This document shows positions 12,351-26,400 of a DNA stretch of 64,000 nucleotides, one piece after another (the stretch's first letter is position 1; each line of letters starts with the position of its first letter). Made by a program: the position numbers and the translations under genes. This stretch comes from Lepidodermella squamata (lineage: Eukaryota; Animalia; Gastrotricha). The stretch covers positions 248,001-312,000 of the forward strand of contig JBLDXI010000009.1 of NCBI GenBank assembly GCA_047495785.1, in the 5' to 3' direction. Below the pieces are notes generated by a model that searched no databases, had not been told where the DNA came from, and saw only the letters and a list, made by a program, of their open reading frames with translations.

Positions 12351-15300
12351 ATGACAAATAACGATATTTATGCCGGTCATTTACAAAAATGGACGAACTA
12401 CATCAAGGGTTACCAGAAACGGTGGTTTGTCTTACAAAACGGTATTCTTTCGTATTACCGGTCAGTTATTTCCGCGAATTTTCAAATTCAGTGGATTATC
12501 TGTGATTTTTTTTTAGAAATCAACAAGAGGTTGCTCATACGTGTCGCGGATCGATTAACCTCGCCAACGCTTACATTCATTCCGAGGATTCCCAGACATT
12601 TGTGATATCAAATGGTAGTACTCAGTTCTACCTTAAAGCTCAGTCTGACGCCGAGAGGAAAGATTGGGTAACGGTTCTTGAAATAGCGAGGAACAACGCA
12701 ATAAAATTGCAAGAGTCGGGTATTTCGAAGCGTCTGAAATCTTATGCACCTGCTATTTCCTTTATCTTTCAGACGAAGACGGTGACGATATTAGCGATTC
12801 CTCTCGTAGAACAGATGAAATTCAATCATCAATTGCGTCATTGAGGACTAAATTGGACGATCTTAGGACTTGTCATGACTTGATAGTTCGCCAATCCGCA
12901 TCCATGGTTCGAACTATGCAAGATTTGGAGCAGGTGGCAATGGCTGCGTCAAATAATTCTGCAACAGGTATTGTATACCACTCATGACTCATGCCCACAT
13001 CAGACAGCCTCGTTTGCTTTTAGGTGCTAATCCTGTTGAAACGAATCCGCCTCAGATGGAGCAGATTATATCTTGCTTAAGAACTTTACTTCAGAGTACG
13101 ACTATGTTTCGGATTACTTCTCAAGCTATGGTTAATGTAAGTGCTTTAGTGTACTTAAGCATTGGCTGAAATTGCTTTTCAGGCTGCTGGAAGTTACAGA
13201 GAGTTGGCGGAAACCAGCGGAAGGAGGTGGCAACGAATGCTTCAGGCTGAGCACGATCAACGGCAGCGGCTGGAAGAAATGGTACAGGACTTGGCACGAC
13301 AGCAACAGTCTTTAGAAAACGAAGCAAAACAAATTCAATTTGGGGATGGCGCCCAAGGCGCAGCGCGCGATCGGCGGCTTAAGTCGTCCACTAGGGGCGC
13401 ATTGGCCACCTCCCAGGATTCATCAGCTAGAAATATTAACCGAGCTGGCAGTGCAGCTACTCTGGCTGTTTCATCGCCCTCATCTGCTTCTATCAGTGCC
13501 TCCGATTGCACAGATGCTAATCGAGCGACTCGCGAATCGGCACCTGGAGGTTGCCAATTAATTAAATTCATTTAGCGTCATCTATGAATCGATTTTTACA
13601 CATTAGATGAAGAATTTTTCGACGCAGAAGAGCAGCTGCCTGATGAATACAGTGTTGTATTACCCTCTCAAGTATCTGTAAAGTATGCTACTCCGCGGCA
13701 CGTTTCATGACTATTTCCAAGCTCCTTGTTGTTTTAGGCGTCCAAGCAGTGCTGGCGTATCAGATGAAGCGAACCGAACATCTGATCCATCTCGCACTGC
13801 CGCAGCCACTGGCGGCGTTTCCATTCGAGTAGCCGACGATGAAGACACGGACGAGGAGAACCGCACTGCTGTGTCAACCGTACAACAAGTGAAAGTGGTA
13901 CCTTCAGAGAAAAAAGTGAAAGTCGTGATAATCGTGATATTTCCTGAATTTACCAAAATGTTCCTTAAGGTGGCTCGGTTGCGTTCGCAAACGCAATATC
14001 AAGCACCAGCGTTTCCTCGGTCAAGCCGGAAACGGCGAGCAGCTATTCCGGAGAAGCCGAACTCAACTGTATCTTTGTGGGGTATTATGAAGAATTGCAT
14101 TGGCCGTGATCTGTCGAAGATTCCGCTCCCGGTAAGTTGATTTGATGGCCGTCTCATTTGCAAATGACCTCCTGACGTATCAATCTGTAGGTTAATTTCA
14201 ATGAGCCGATGTCAATGTTACAACGACTATGCGAAGACATGGAATACTCGGAATGCTTGGATCTTGCAGCGAAATGCACAGATCCATACGAGCAACTTGC
14301 GTATGTTGCCGCGTTCACTGTCTCAAGCTACGCCAGCACTTCTAATCGAACAACGAAGCCTTTCAATCCACTACTGGGTGAAACTTACGAATTCGATCGA
14401 CGCGATGATTACGGCTGGCGTTACGTTGCCGAGCAGGTATATTAAAGCCCTTTAGAAAATGCACATACACGTCCGTTTGATATCAGGTCAGCCACCATCC
14501 ACCCATGGCCGGAGTGCACTGTGAATCGTCAAATTGGACTTTCTGGCAGGAGCTGAGCTTGTCAAGCAAATTCCGCGGAAAGTACCTGGTGATCGTTCCC
14601 GCCGGTATTAATATCAATTGATTGTGAATTCATCTAACCAGCATTGTTTTCAGGAATGTCTCATTTGAAATTCACTGACGGCAATCATTACACGTTTTCG
14701 AAAGTTACCACGACTGTCCATAATATTATCGTGGGAAAATTATGGGTTGAACACCATGGTGAAATGGACATAGTCAACCACACCACCAGGGATAGTTGTC
14801 ATTTGAAGTTCAACAGCTGGTCGCTTTTCAACGCATCGCAAGCTCGACAGGTAAAATCAATTATATGCTTAAAGTAATAGTCAATTAATGAAAGAATCCT
14901 TTGGTATTACAATCAAGGTGACTGGCGTTATCACGGATGCTAAAGGGCAAGCCAGATATGTTTTGCGTGGCAAGTGGGACGATCGAATGGAGGGCGCAAA
15001 GGTGGAACGCATCCGCCATGGCTCATCTGCGTCTGGCAGTGACCCAGATCAGGTACTGGAGACGGGCGAGTACCGCATTCTCTGGCAAAGAAGGCCCCCG
15101 CCGTTAGTTTGATTGCTTTCTAACACTTCTTCTAGCTTTTATCACTTAATTTTTCAGACCTAACAGTGCGAAAATGTACAATTTCACGCAGCTTGCGATA
15201 GAAATAAACGAAGATGAAGAGGGAGTCGCGCCTACTGATTGTCGAAAGCGGCCTGATCAGCGTTTGATGGAGATCGGTCAATGGGACGAGGCCAACAAAA

Positions 15301-15521
15301 AGAAGCAGGAGCTCGAAGACAAACAACGACAGGCTCGCCGTCAGCGCGAAATTGATGCCGAAAATCTGGCCGCTCAAGGCAGGCAATACCCGGAATACCA
15401 ACCTGCCTGGTTCCGAAAGCAGATGGACCCACTTTCAGGAAAAATCATCCACTTCTTCAACGATGAGTATTGGACTTGCAAAGAGCGGCAAGACTGGTCA
15501 AGGTGCCCGGAAATCTATTGA
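12351..15521 (+). CDS. OSBP: Oxysterol-binding protein (OSBP1/ORP4 type), multi-exon
   Basis: N-terminal PH domain ([28 protein letters not shown]), coiled coil, FFAT motif DEEFFDAEE (exon starting 13607), ORD with [33 protein letters not shown] and the split EQ|VSHHPP fingerprint, and C-terminal [17 protein letters not shown]. Confidence 0.96.
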
Positions 15522-16615
15522 AATGTTCGTTAAAATGTTGCGCCTTTTAAACCGCCACGCCATCATTTGAACTGTCAAAACAGTGTGCTATTACTATTTA
15601 TCGTTCGCTTATTGCCATGTAATTTGTTATTTTCACGCGTGTCATTCTCCTGTGAGAAAGTGATGTAAGTGCTTTCTATCAGCAAGATTTTAAATCAGTC
15701 GTCTGAGTCACGGTTGATTTTTGTAGAATACCACTCCAGAATCATTCATAGTAGAGATGACTTTACTATGGTATGCTACTAATGAATTAAAAGATTGCCG
15801 CGACAAGTTAATTGAACAGCGCATGCAATAGCTTGGTTTCATGGTTTTAGAATTACCTATTTAATACGCGGCGATTGCTCGCTCTTCGAACTAAAATTTG
15901 GTTATGTGTTTGAAATCGCGTGATGAATACTTATCTTCTTTACTAAGGTGGAATTTCTCAATCAGCCTAATTTACATGTACTTGGATCGCTTCTATCGAG
16001 ATTACACGTTGGGAACGTGAATCAGTCGACATGTATCAATTGGGCGTGATTATTCAGCGCTTAAACGTTCGATGTGTCATGCAGGCAATTAAATTTCCTC
16101 GTGAAAACGAATTGTAAAAAAAAATAGCAAAATATTCATGGTTTTCTGAATACCGAATAAACATCTTGAGTATAATATTTATTGGTAATCGCTGCAATAT
16201 TCGTATAAACAGAGTAAAGTAGCTGTCCTCTCGTTAAAAATTTGTTTCCTCTTCCGGCAATCAAAATTTGACTGACTTCGTAACTTGATGTATTCGACGA
16301 TAGCGCGGAAGTGCGATTTCCATTGAACAATTATCATTTCGAACCAATCTATAACCGTCTGCATGTATCCTCTATGAATGACTCACAAAAGATATAATAT
16401 AAATATGATGGAAATTATTTCGCTAATTTTTGGGCTGGAAAAGTGAGTAATTTTATGTCTTCGTCTTCTCTTAGAAAGTTGCCTTTTACATTAACTATCA
16501 TACTGAAAATGGCGATCGAAAAATATTCTGAATGGTTGAACATACTAATTACTAAAAAATAAAATTGGAAAATTGTTGCTTCGTTTGGTGTATTATTGCT
16601 AAGCTTTGGTATCAA

Positions 16616-16793
16616 ATGCGTGGAATCAAACGCCGAAGACTGACGATTCAGCCGATGATAGCGCCGAAGACGTCACTCTCTTGAAAGATGCTGCTGCAGA
16701 TCTTAAAAGTTGGAAAGCTGTGGTGAAACTCGCGGCCTCTGCTACTCAGTGAAATGTGTTAACAACTATCATTAACACTACTGCTACTACTAC
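16616..16793 (+). mobile_element. Degenerate RTE-clade-like LINE 3' fragment
   Basis: Translation RGIKRRR...(frameshift)...ADDSAEDVTLLKDAAADLKSWKAVVKLAASATQ* (TGA 16750-16752) resembles the RTE ORF C-terminus (G.RRRGRP..RW.D.I..D....A.DR..WR..V), followed by a short imperfect (CTA)n tail at 16778-16793. Confidence 0.45.
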
Positions 16794-16910
16794 ATGGTGC
16801 CCAGAACAAAGTCGATGGCAGGCTTCACGTTGAGAAAAGATTATGCTTCAAGTTTTTCGTAGACAAAGGCTTGAATGAATGCAGCCGCCTCCGTGACAAG
16901 GCGTCTGAGG

Positions 16911-16930
16911 TTTAGGGTTAGGGTTTAGGG
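16911..16930 (+). repeat. Short interstitial telomere-like repeat TTTAGGG-TTAGGG-TTTAGGG
   Basis: Directly visible: tttagggttagggtttaggg. Confidence 0.6.
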
Positions 16931-17075
16931 CTGCAGAAAGAACTACGGTTTTCCCGATGCCTCGGTTTTGGCTTAGGTATTTGAGTGGTCTGTGACTACA
17001 GACGAAGCTGCAAACCAAGGTTTTCCAGAAGGAAAACGGGCCGGGCCCTACCGTAACTCTTCAGGAGTTGAGGCA

Positions 17076-17256
17076 GAGGTGTGTCCTTCAATTTATTTTT
17101 GTGAAAGACCAAGATCAAGGACAGGACAGGCCAATTATTTTGATTCAGATACCAAGGCCCTTTCAAGGCATACCAAGGCATTTTGAGAGACCAAGGCAAA
17201 TACCGAAGACCAGACCTTCCCGTTATGGAAATCATCACTTGAACACATAACACCTC
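17076..17256. mobile_element. Possible degenerate MITE (DNA-transposon derived)
   Basis: Imperfect terminal inverted repeat GAGGTGT...TTCAA / TTGAA...ACACCTC, with internal repeated (AC)CAAGGC/CAAGAC-like units; non-coding. Confidence 0.3.
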
Positions 17257-19050
17257 AATTACCTTAATAATTGAGTGCGTATTTTCTTTTTCAGGTACGC
17301 CCAGGTCACGCCCACGCCGTTGCAACCTTCGGTAGCTTCTCGTTTCCGACGAACAGCCGGTCGTCGTCGTCGACTTGTCCGCCAGATAGGTAGTCTGCTT
17401 CAGAGTTCTCCTTGAGTCTAAAATTTCGGGCCTGATCCGACCCGGTCCGGAGTTGAAACCATGTTGAACCAGGCGCATTTTCAGGATTTTATTCTGGTCA
17501 TGAAAGTCCGTCTTTTTTTTTATGAAATTCGCCCCTGTCGTCAAAATCGTTTATTCTTCTCCCTTCTCACTAAAATATCTGTCATTCAATAGACAGTGAT
17601 GGCATAGCAAGTGGCAACATCCCGCCTCCACAGCTAGGTCCGAGATGGGACCCGGGTCTGGGGTAAAATTCGGGTACGATCGTGGTGTAGAAAGTGCTTT
17701 GGCCCGACCGGTGACCGGCGAGCAGCACCCCCGTTGCAAACATTCGTGCTCTGAGATGCGATAGGAGGTCTGCTCATTCTGACGCTTTTTTAAGCTTCAA
17801 GTCTGATCAATTATATTCAATTTTCATTTTAAATTCGACGTTGCGTTTCTTGGAACCTCGGCTCATCCGAAAGTAAAAGAGGCTGTTAAAAAGTCAGCGC
17901 AATAAGAACAGACAAATTTATTGTATTAAGTGTTATCATCATTCGTATTAAACATATCTCATTGAACAACACGTACTAAAAACTACACTCTTGGTAAATC
18001 TGCATAATATAATCGGCATCACTCATCGCCATCACTCGTCACTACTCGATCAGTAGTGTAGTATGGCGCTCCGTTTCTCGAGTGATGAAGAAGTTCCCAA
18101 ACGGTATAATAGCAAATAACATAATATTCATGTTCACACATATAATTTGTACGTGATAATCGTAACTAGTCAGTCATACTGCTGCAAACAGAGAATTTTA
18201 AATAGTTTCAGTACACAATGATTCGGGACGTAGCAAGAAGGCAAAAAAGTCTTTGATGATAGAAAAACGCAAATCGACGTTTGAACACGAAAACTGTTGA
18301 TTGAAAGCAGGTAGAAAACATTCAACACTTCGCCAATGTTATAGTGTTTACATTCACTAGGACACGAAATGGCTGTTACAGCAAATTATATTAGCTAATA
18401 ATGACTCTGCTGGTATATATAATCATCGTAGTTTTAAACAGTTACAGCAATAACATAGTCCAGTAATTAGTATATATGAGCGTATCACGACTTTGCGACG
18501 ATCAGACCGTCGAAATTTTATATTATATATATATATTTATATAGATATGTATGTTTGATAGCCTCGATATCTATGGTTTTACAACAAAGACAGATCGCTC
18601 GATTGAATACACAGGATAAAGAGAGTTTGAGATAGAGAGAGATAGTAAGCGAGAAAACTCAAATCAAATAGTAAATCAAAGCGAAAACACTAGCGAAGTC
18701 CACTACCGCGCGGTCAATCACAATCTCGACATGAATTTGACTAAAATCGCTCGCCCAGTCAGGCGAGCAGCACCGTGTGCGGCGACGGCGAGAAGATACA
18801 TACACATCAAAGTTGGCTAAATGTCCTAAATGATGCATAACCCGAGCGAATGGATCCCGAGTCCGATTACAAATGACAAAAATTTGACTTTTTCCAAAAA
18901 AATTAAAACTTCTTCAATGAAATGAAAAAAGGCACACTTCGGCAGTTGTCATGCAACCATTTCAGGCTGGGGGTCACTCGTTTTGTTATGCGTCATCAAG
19001 TTTGTGGGTATAAAAAAAGTCGCACTAGCGGTCATGATGGGCACACGCTT

Positions 19051-22000
19051 CTATTGTATGCTGCTGTTGCTGCCCCCAGTCGCGGGAATCCGAGCCCAAG
19101 ACAGCAAGGTCCTCATTGGACATGTCGGCACTTTGCGGAGATGCGCCTTAATCCGCAGGTTTCGATCGCACGTCACCAGAACAACGTCTCTCGATATGAC
19201 GGTGCCCGAGCCACCAGCGGTCGCGGTCATCACTGCTTGCCGGTCGCGTTGCTCATTCATCGTGCAGTAGTGAAGGGCGCACGCTAGAATCGAGTCGTCG
19301 TTGCTCATCGGCGTCGAACGAATTTGGTCGCGGAACGCGATTGTATCTACGAAGTTACCCTCAGACGTCATCGCCTTGATTCGCGGGTTACGCCGCGAAA
19401 ATTGCTGTTCGAAGAACGAGAGGGCATCACGAGCCGCTGCTGGTACCAACTCGTCGACGCGCTCATCCTCGCTGAGAGACAGTACGCCGAACTTACCAGG
19501 CCGCGGGCCTGATGACAGCGATTCAAGTTCGGAGATGACAATCAGCGGCAGGACAAGGGTGAAGCGGTTCGACTCGACCACTCTGCGAATCGCGGGCATG
19601 TAGTCAACGATCGAATTGGTGTCCATAACAAGAACGAGCGGCCTAACTTCCATAACGACGTTGCCAGCCGCCACCTGTTCTTCGCGCATCATCAGCTCGC
19701 GTCGGTACTCGTCGTCAGCCCGCTTCCGGTCCGCCTCGGCGACCAACTCTCGCCGTCGTTGCCGCATTGCGTCCAGCTCTGACTCGACTGCCGGGTTTGC
19801 TGGCGGTTGTTTCACAAAATCGAGGAGGGGTGGCGGCAATGGGCCGCTTGCAGGCTGTTGCAGCTGCTGGGATGGCGCTGGCTTTTTCTGCTCGGAGCGG
19901 CACACACTCGACGTCAGGCTGTGGTACATGTTCTGCTCGATGTTGTACTCGAGAACGGGCGATTCGATGCCGCATAGATAGTCGGTCAGTGTTCGGAACC
20001 GTTGTAGTCTCGCGGCAAAGCTTGCAGTGCTCGGGTCGGTACCTGGTACTGTTTCGTAGGCAACCAAGCGAATTTTAACGAAAGGGGCGAAACCGGCGAC
20101 CAGTTCGTCTTCTTCCAGCCTAACGGGCATCAGAGCCTGGTCTAGACCAGTGGCGGCCGAACGCGGGTCTGCTTCGGTAGCAGACGACACGTCGCAGTAG
20201 GCGGTGATGTTGGCGAAGCCGGCGATTTGGGCGAACAGGTCGAGATCGTCGGGACACGCCGTCGGGTCGAGGGCGCACGGCGGTGGGTACCACAGATTCC
20301 GATTGTACATGAGCCAATCAGCGTACAGCTTTAAATTAATTGAAAATATTATTATTTAAAAACTATTTCAGCCATCAAAAATTTACCTTGACACATGGCA
20401 TGAGCCGTCGAAGTGCGTCGAATTTTTTGTCGACAAACAAAATACGAGCGTGGCGAATAATCAAGGCAGCGCAGTCCAGCACGAATTCAACGGCGAAAAT
20501 CTCGGCAAGCGATTTGTTGGCTGATTTCGAATCGGCACAGCTGCGCCATACGGAGAAGAAGTTTAGCAGCGTCAAGCGCGTGAGGCGAGTTGGCGAAAGC
20601 AACGGCAAGTCGACTGTTAGAGCGGCTTCGAGTTCCCACAGGCAACGGCTGGCAGCGTCCGGCAGCGAGTCGAGGCCCACCTTGGAGAAGATGCGCCCGT
20701 GCACGTTCAGAATGCTGTCGATGAGCCGTTGCGTCAGTTGAGCGAGGGGTAACCGCTGCACGATAGAGCCGTAGCGGGTGTCGTCGAGCTCTGCCGCCGG
20801 TGCCCCGGACATGACCGTGCGACGGCCGTCGGTCGCCACCCACACCTCGGAGCGCCGAGCATCGACCGGCAACGATTGCCGGCGACTTCGCTCGGTTTCT
20901 TCGTCGAAAGCCTGAGCAGATTCAGAACGGCGACATGCGTCGTTGAAAATCGCCATCAAGTTCTCAGACACGCTGAGAATCGGGTTCGAAGCCGCGAGAG
21001 CTCGGCAGAAGTAGTACACCGCATCGAGGCGCCGTTTGGTCATCAGCGCGAGAACAGCCATTTGGTTGAATGGATGGCTATTCTTCGGCGCCAGTCTCTG
21101 CGCTGTTTCGTAGTGCAGTTGAGCTGTGTCGGAATCGGCATTGCTGCCCTGGTTGCTGCACGAACAGCGGTACCGAAACAGGTCACCAAGTGAGATGTAC
21201 AGCCTTTGTAGAAGTAACCTCGCACACTTAGTCGATCTGTTAAGAAAAATGTAAATTCATCATTCAAATTTTAAACAAAAAACTAACTTTTTCTCGCCGG
21301 CTTTTTTCACTTCAGCGACAGTGTTCTCTACATTGACGTGGTATTTATCGGCTAGTTTTTCGCACAGATCTTCATAGAAGCGAGCAGTTTCGTCGACGAG
21401 TGCGACGATTGACGGCGCAAACCGCGGCTGACGCAGCTCGAGCAAATTGTAGCGCAGGATCTGATACAACTTGTAAAACAAACCGTTCCACATCGCCTGG
21501 TCGCGATTGTTATCGAGCGCATACGTTGCGTCTGACAGTATCAAATTCGAGTAGAGATTTCTCAAATGCGACAGTGCTTGCTCAATGTAAGTCAAATTCA
21601 GCCCAGACGTGTGAAAATTCACCAAAATGCTGTTCTCAGCCGATTCGATATCAGACAGAATCTTCTGCGAGTGGAACGACGTGATCGCCGCGACAGGCTC
21701 CGCATCACTAGACGCGTGGTTCCTAGCGAAGGGTGACGGTTGTTGGGTCGTGCGAGAGTCGCTTTCTTGATGCTGCATGGCCTGCGAGATGAACAGCAGA
21801 CCGCCGCGGTGGCCGTGACCAGCATCGTCGCCGTTGTGATTGCTCGTCGCCGGGCTGCTCTCGATGTGCTCAGCAGGCTCAGTATAACCACGATTTCCAC
21901 GATGGCCCTTCGAATAACTCGGCTTTTCATTCGATTGGTACGAATGGCTGTTGTTGTCGCGACTCTTACCACCCCGGTATGATGATGAACCGGTGTGTGG

Positions 22001-22906
22001 TCTAGCTGGCAGCGGTCCAGCCAGTAAATCCGGCAATTGCGAAACAATTGCCTCAGCTGCTTTAGTTTGCTCGGCGAGCGACATCTCAGCAGAACCACGT
22101 CGGTTCGGTCTGTTATGTTGCCGACTACTGCCACTACTCGAGCCGCCGTTGCCATTTTTCCGCCTGTCGTTGTTGTAATCATTATTACCGTATGATCGAG
22201 ATCCTGAGCCGTAGTAGCTGTTATAATTATCGCCTCCCGCCTCGTCTTCATAGTAATTATCTTCATTCCGATTCGGCCGAGTCGAACGGCTGGTCGATTT
22301 CGCCGTCCCGCCACCTGAATTTTTCTGCTGCAGTGGCTCAGCCTGATTGCGACGACCGCTCGAACGTTCGCCGCCAGCGCTGTTGTGGAAAGTCCGCCCC
22401 GAGTTCGGTTGCTGCGGTTGCTGAGAATGCCCTCCGTTTCCATTCGGCTGGCGGGGTTTTCGAGGCCGTTCAGCGGTGTGATACTCGCCCGAATCTCCAT
22501 TTCCAGTTTTCCGATTCACTCGCGGCGCACTCTGCTGATAGTGTTCTCCACCGTTATTGCCAGCAGCAGCAGCAGAGTTTTCCGCACCTCCACCCCCTCT
22601 GTGAGGCTTGCTATTCCTCTGCTGGGGTCGGTGCTCCTCATCGTATTGCTGGTGTTGACGATTCGAACGTCCATTATGGCCACCAGATCTAGACTTGGTA
22701 GATTTTTGCACTGGTTCCTCTGCACCTGTTTTCTGGGCTACTGGCGACGATTCCGGCTCTGAATTTTCCTCCCGCTTTTGCCGCGGTACGTACAACTGTT
22801 TATCAGGTCGCTTTGTCCTGTTTCCAGGGTCTGAATTGTTGCCGCGATTGGGCGAATCGGCAGCGTCCGAGGACACCGCCACTTCATTAGCGACTGATGC
22901 CTCCAT
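19051..22906 (-). CDS. SMG6: SMG6/EST1A NMD endonuclease, 3 coding exons
   Basis: N-terminal EJC-binding-like motif KRPDKQLYVP; low-complexity linker; EST1/14-3-3-like TPR region (QAMWNGLFYKLYQILR, LGDLFRYR, PFNQMAVLA, DAVYYFCRALA); C-terminal PIN domain with all acidic catalytic positions (VMDTN, ISELE, NDDSIL, LVTCDRNLRIKA). Confidence 0.95.
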
Positions 22907-23430
22907 AATTCTCAATCTAACAGTTTTTTCAAATGAAAATCTAAAATGAAAGAAACACGTGATTATCAAATAAGATTCAATTATTTAGGAAATTAATGCA
23001 ATGACAAATTATTGTATAGCTACAGCTCTAGGTCGACTGATCATCACGTACATGATAGATATGGCATGAATTGGAGCAAAAAGTTTCAGTAACTGAAATT
23101 GCTGTTGTTGCTGATAAAACCAATAAGAAAACACAGTTCATGATATGACAAAAATTAATGTTATTGAATTAACGCGAGCGAGCGAGCGGCAATAATCTAT
23201 GCAGACAGGACAAAAAACACGAAGAAGATTATTGTTAAAAGAAGATATTACATGAGAAATCGAACATGCAAGGTGACACCGGTGATCGCGCTTTCCTGGT
23301 ACAAAAACAATGAGAGAGTCCAAAGAGCGCTGTTGCGAAGACACGTAGATTGTAAGATCTTGATATTTTTGCAAATTATTACCAAAAGAAGTTGCTAAAA
23401 AAGAAGACTAAGACAAGAGTCATGGCGATG

Positions 23431-26400
23431 TCACTCATCCTCCTCCGGTTCGTTATCTGAAGACGAGGAGTTCTTTTCGGATTCGCTTTCTGAAGACGAA
23501 GAGTCAGAGTCCGAATCAGCTGCTGTAATTTTCGCAGGCAAATTAGGGCGGATGGAAGAAGGGGCATTTGCTTGTGCCTTCGCGCGTTTCAAAGGCGAAT
23601 CGGCCCCGCCCAGAACAGAAAGCGTGATGTTATCATCTTCGTCGTCGTCATCATCTTGACCGTGGCCATTCCCGTTGCTAGTGGCGCCAACAAGGCCTGG
23701 CGGCTTAGGTGCCATGGTCGGGCGCAACACGGTGCTGGTCAGCGCCGGAGTTGTCCAGCCACTACCGACAGAAATGTTGGACAACTTTCGTTTTCCCCTA
23801 CCTCGGCCAGCCACAACCACGGTCGAAGCAGCAGTTGATGGCGGCGCCATCGGGGCAGCTATCATCGTGTCGTCGGCAGTCAAACTTCGAGTGTACGTTT
23901 TCATTGCCTCCAATGTGTCCCCGGTAGGTTGAGCGGACCCTAGGGCAGTGACAGACTGGTCGAGTATCTGCTTCACGTAACCGCGATCCTGTCGCAGGAG
24001 TTTCGGAACAAATTCGTTGAGCAGGTCCAGGTAAGGCAGGTCGGCGGGTACGGTGCCAGGGGCAGTTTGGCGGAAGGCGAATTTGATGCCAGCGACGTGA
24101 AGCGCGACCACTCCCTGGCGGGCACGAGTCGAATCCACGCCGAACGACATGACCAGTTTCCGGGCCAGTTCTCGGGCTGGGATAAGCTCCGGTGCCGACC
24201 GGGAGTACGGTTCCTTGCGATTGCGCATGCACGCCAAATAAACCGAAACCAAGCCGCTGTGCATGGCCTTGCCCGTTTCTTCTTGGCTAATTTCACGGCA
24301 CTTAGCAAGAGTGATTTTAATCAGGTCGTTGTAGTCAGAATTGTTCTTGGCGTAGTAACGAATCAAAGGCACTATAGCAGACGGGTCCAGTTGACCGCAC
24401 ATGATCAAGCGAGTCAGCGCAGCTATGTTGTTACGGCGCGTCGTCAATCGCTCCAAATTCCCAACATCATTTGCTCCGTCATCTGCGACCCCGGTGTGGA
24501 GCGAAGACTGTGATTCGGTGTCGTTAGCGTTATCCCGACCACTGGCGGCGCATTGGGTCATTTGGTCACTGATAAACTTTATAATTGTATCCTGAACACG
24601 AGCGGATGGCTTGTAAACCAGCGGGGCCATGGCCGCTTTTGATTCAACCAGTTGAGATGGGAAAATGAGCAAGGTATCACACAAACACGAGAAAACTGTA
24701 TCGAAGGAGCGCTTGAGCCCGTCAATCTCTAAAACGGCGACTAGCATGTCGATGAATGCTGATTGCAGACGCAAAATGTTTTGCTGTGTATTCAAATCAT
24801 CGGGATAGTTCGATAGATGATGCGTCAGCCAGGCTAGTGATAGATACACACATTTGGCAGCCGCCTCGACGGTCTCGGACTCCGAGCTCGGAATTTTGCG
24901 ATCGGCTGCAAGCCGTAGAATCGTCAGGCAAGGCTCTACTATTTGCCACTTGGTCAGATCGTGGTGCTGGAAGAATGCAGCCAGTTTCCGAAGACAAGCA
25001 AACAGTGTAGCGTAGACCAGTTTTGAGCCGTGGTCACTTGCCCATTCACGTTGCGACAATTCTTGAAACGCATTTTGAAATGTTCCCGTGGTCGAATCGA
25101 GCAAATTATTTCGCGCAATCAAACAACGCGTTGAAATGTTGTACTTATCGTCACAAAATATCTCGAAGGCGCCAGCAACTGCCTTCAAGATGTCGGCATA
25201 CGTATGCCGTTGCACTATATCTGTCAAGCATCGTAAGGTTTGGTCCATGCTACGTTCGAGGCGGTTTTTAGTGTACACGTCGAGATCGAAAAAGGCTGGC
25301 AATTCGAGCAGGAGTGTAATTTTTTCCGAATCAGCGACGAATCGACTGAGCAAAAGAGGAAACGCAGGAATGAGGATTTCACTGAGGCGCCGGCGCTCAG
25401 CCTGCAGTGACTTTTGAGCATCACGAGTCGGCTTAGCATGGTGTTGTTCACGTCCCGGTGGAGGATCGCCGGTGGCAGACTGACGGGCAGCACTTACAAG
25501 AATGTCGACCATTGCTGTACATGGTGATAGGCTAGACGTTGCTTGCGATTCATCTTGATTGATTTCATCGGAGTCATTCATCAGAATCTGCACCATAGCA
25601 TTCCAGTCCCTGAGCATGGGTGAAACAGCCCACAGACTGTCGACCACGTAACTGGCGTGCTGGTGCAAACCCGATTGGACGATGAAAAGCGCAAGGGTGC
25701 GAAGACACTTTGCATTAGGAGAGACAAGTTGTTTCTTTATCGGTTGAGAGGCGCCGTTCGCATTCGAACTAGCGGGCTTGGCCCGTGATCTTGCTGAACG
25801 CCGCGGCCCACCTGGGGTTTCTTGAGCTGAAGAGTCCTGAGACGCAACGCTCGTTTCAGCCACATTTTGCGCCTCATCATTTGCCACGACTGCGCTAACT
25901 TCATTTGGATTAGGCTCAACAGCTTCAGTGAAAAGCCGTCCGTGAACAAAGGCGCCAGCCGCATGGGCAACCTCGCCGTGGCGGGAGAACACTAACTCGT
26001 AAATGGATTCGCATTCTCTCGCTTCGAGAATATCAGGGTATAATTGATCAATTGTTGTAAGGAGACGTGCAGCTTTAACGGCCACTTCATTCTCTTTGTC
26101 GAAAGTCATTTCCACAAAGCGACGTTTGAACCTATGTTGCAAAGATTAAGTTCCACAATTCATAAGCTCATATATTGACCAACCTCCCAGTAAACAGCTC
26201 CAGCTTATGTTTCAGCTCATCGTGGGCGTATAGTGGTTCGAGGGCTTTCAAGCAAGCCAGTCTCACATCGCTGACCTTATCGCTTAATGTCCACCCGATG
26301 TACTTGAGGTAGGAATCGTCCAAGAAGAAAGCCGGGTGTTGCAGCATCCAGCTACCAGCCTAGATAAATCAAGTGATGAATATTCTATTCAATTTTAAAT

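Noticed and set aside
16911-19100. Functional link between telomere-like repeats and neighbouring SMG6/EST1A
   Set aside because: Only three imperfect repeats 2 kb away; there is no mechanism and coincidence is most likely.
21619-22500. 293-aa alternative-frame ORF inside SMG6
   Set aside because: By-product of GC-rich low-complexity coding sequence; no independent signal.
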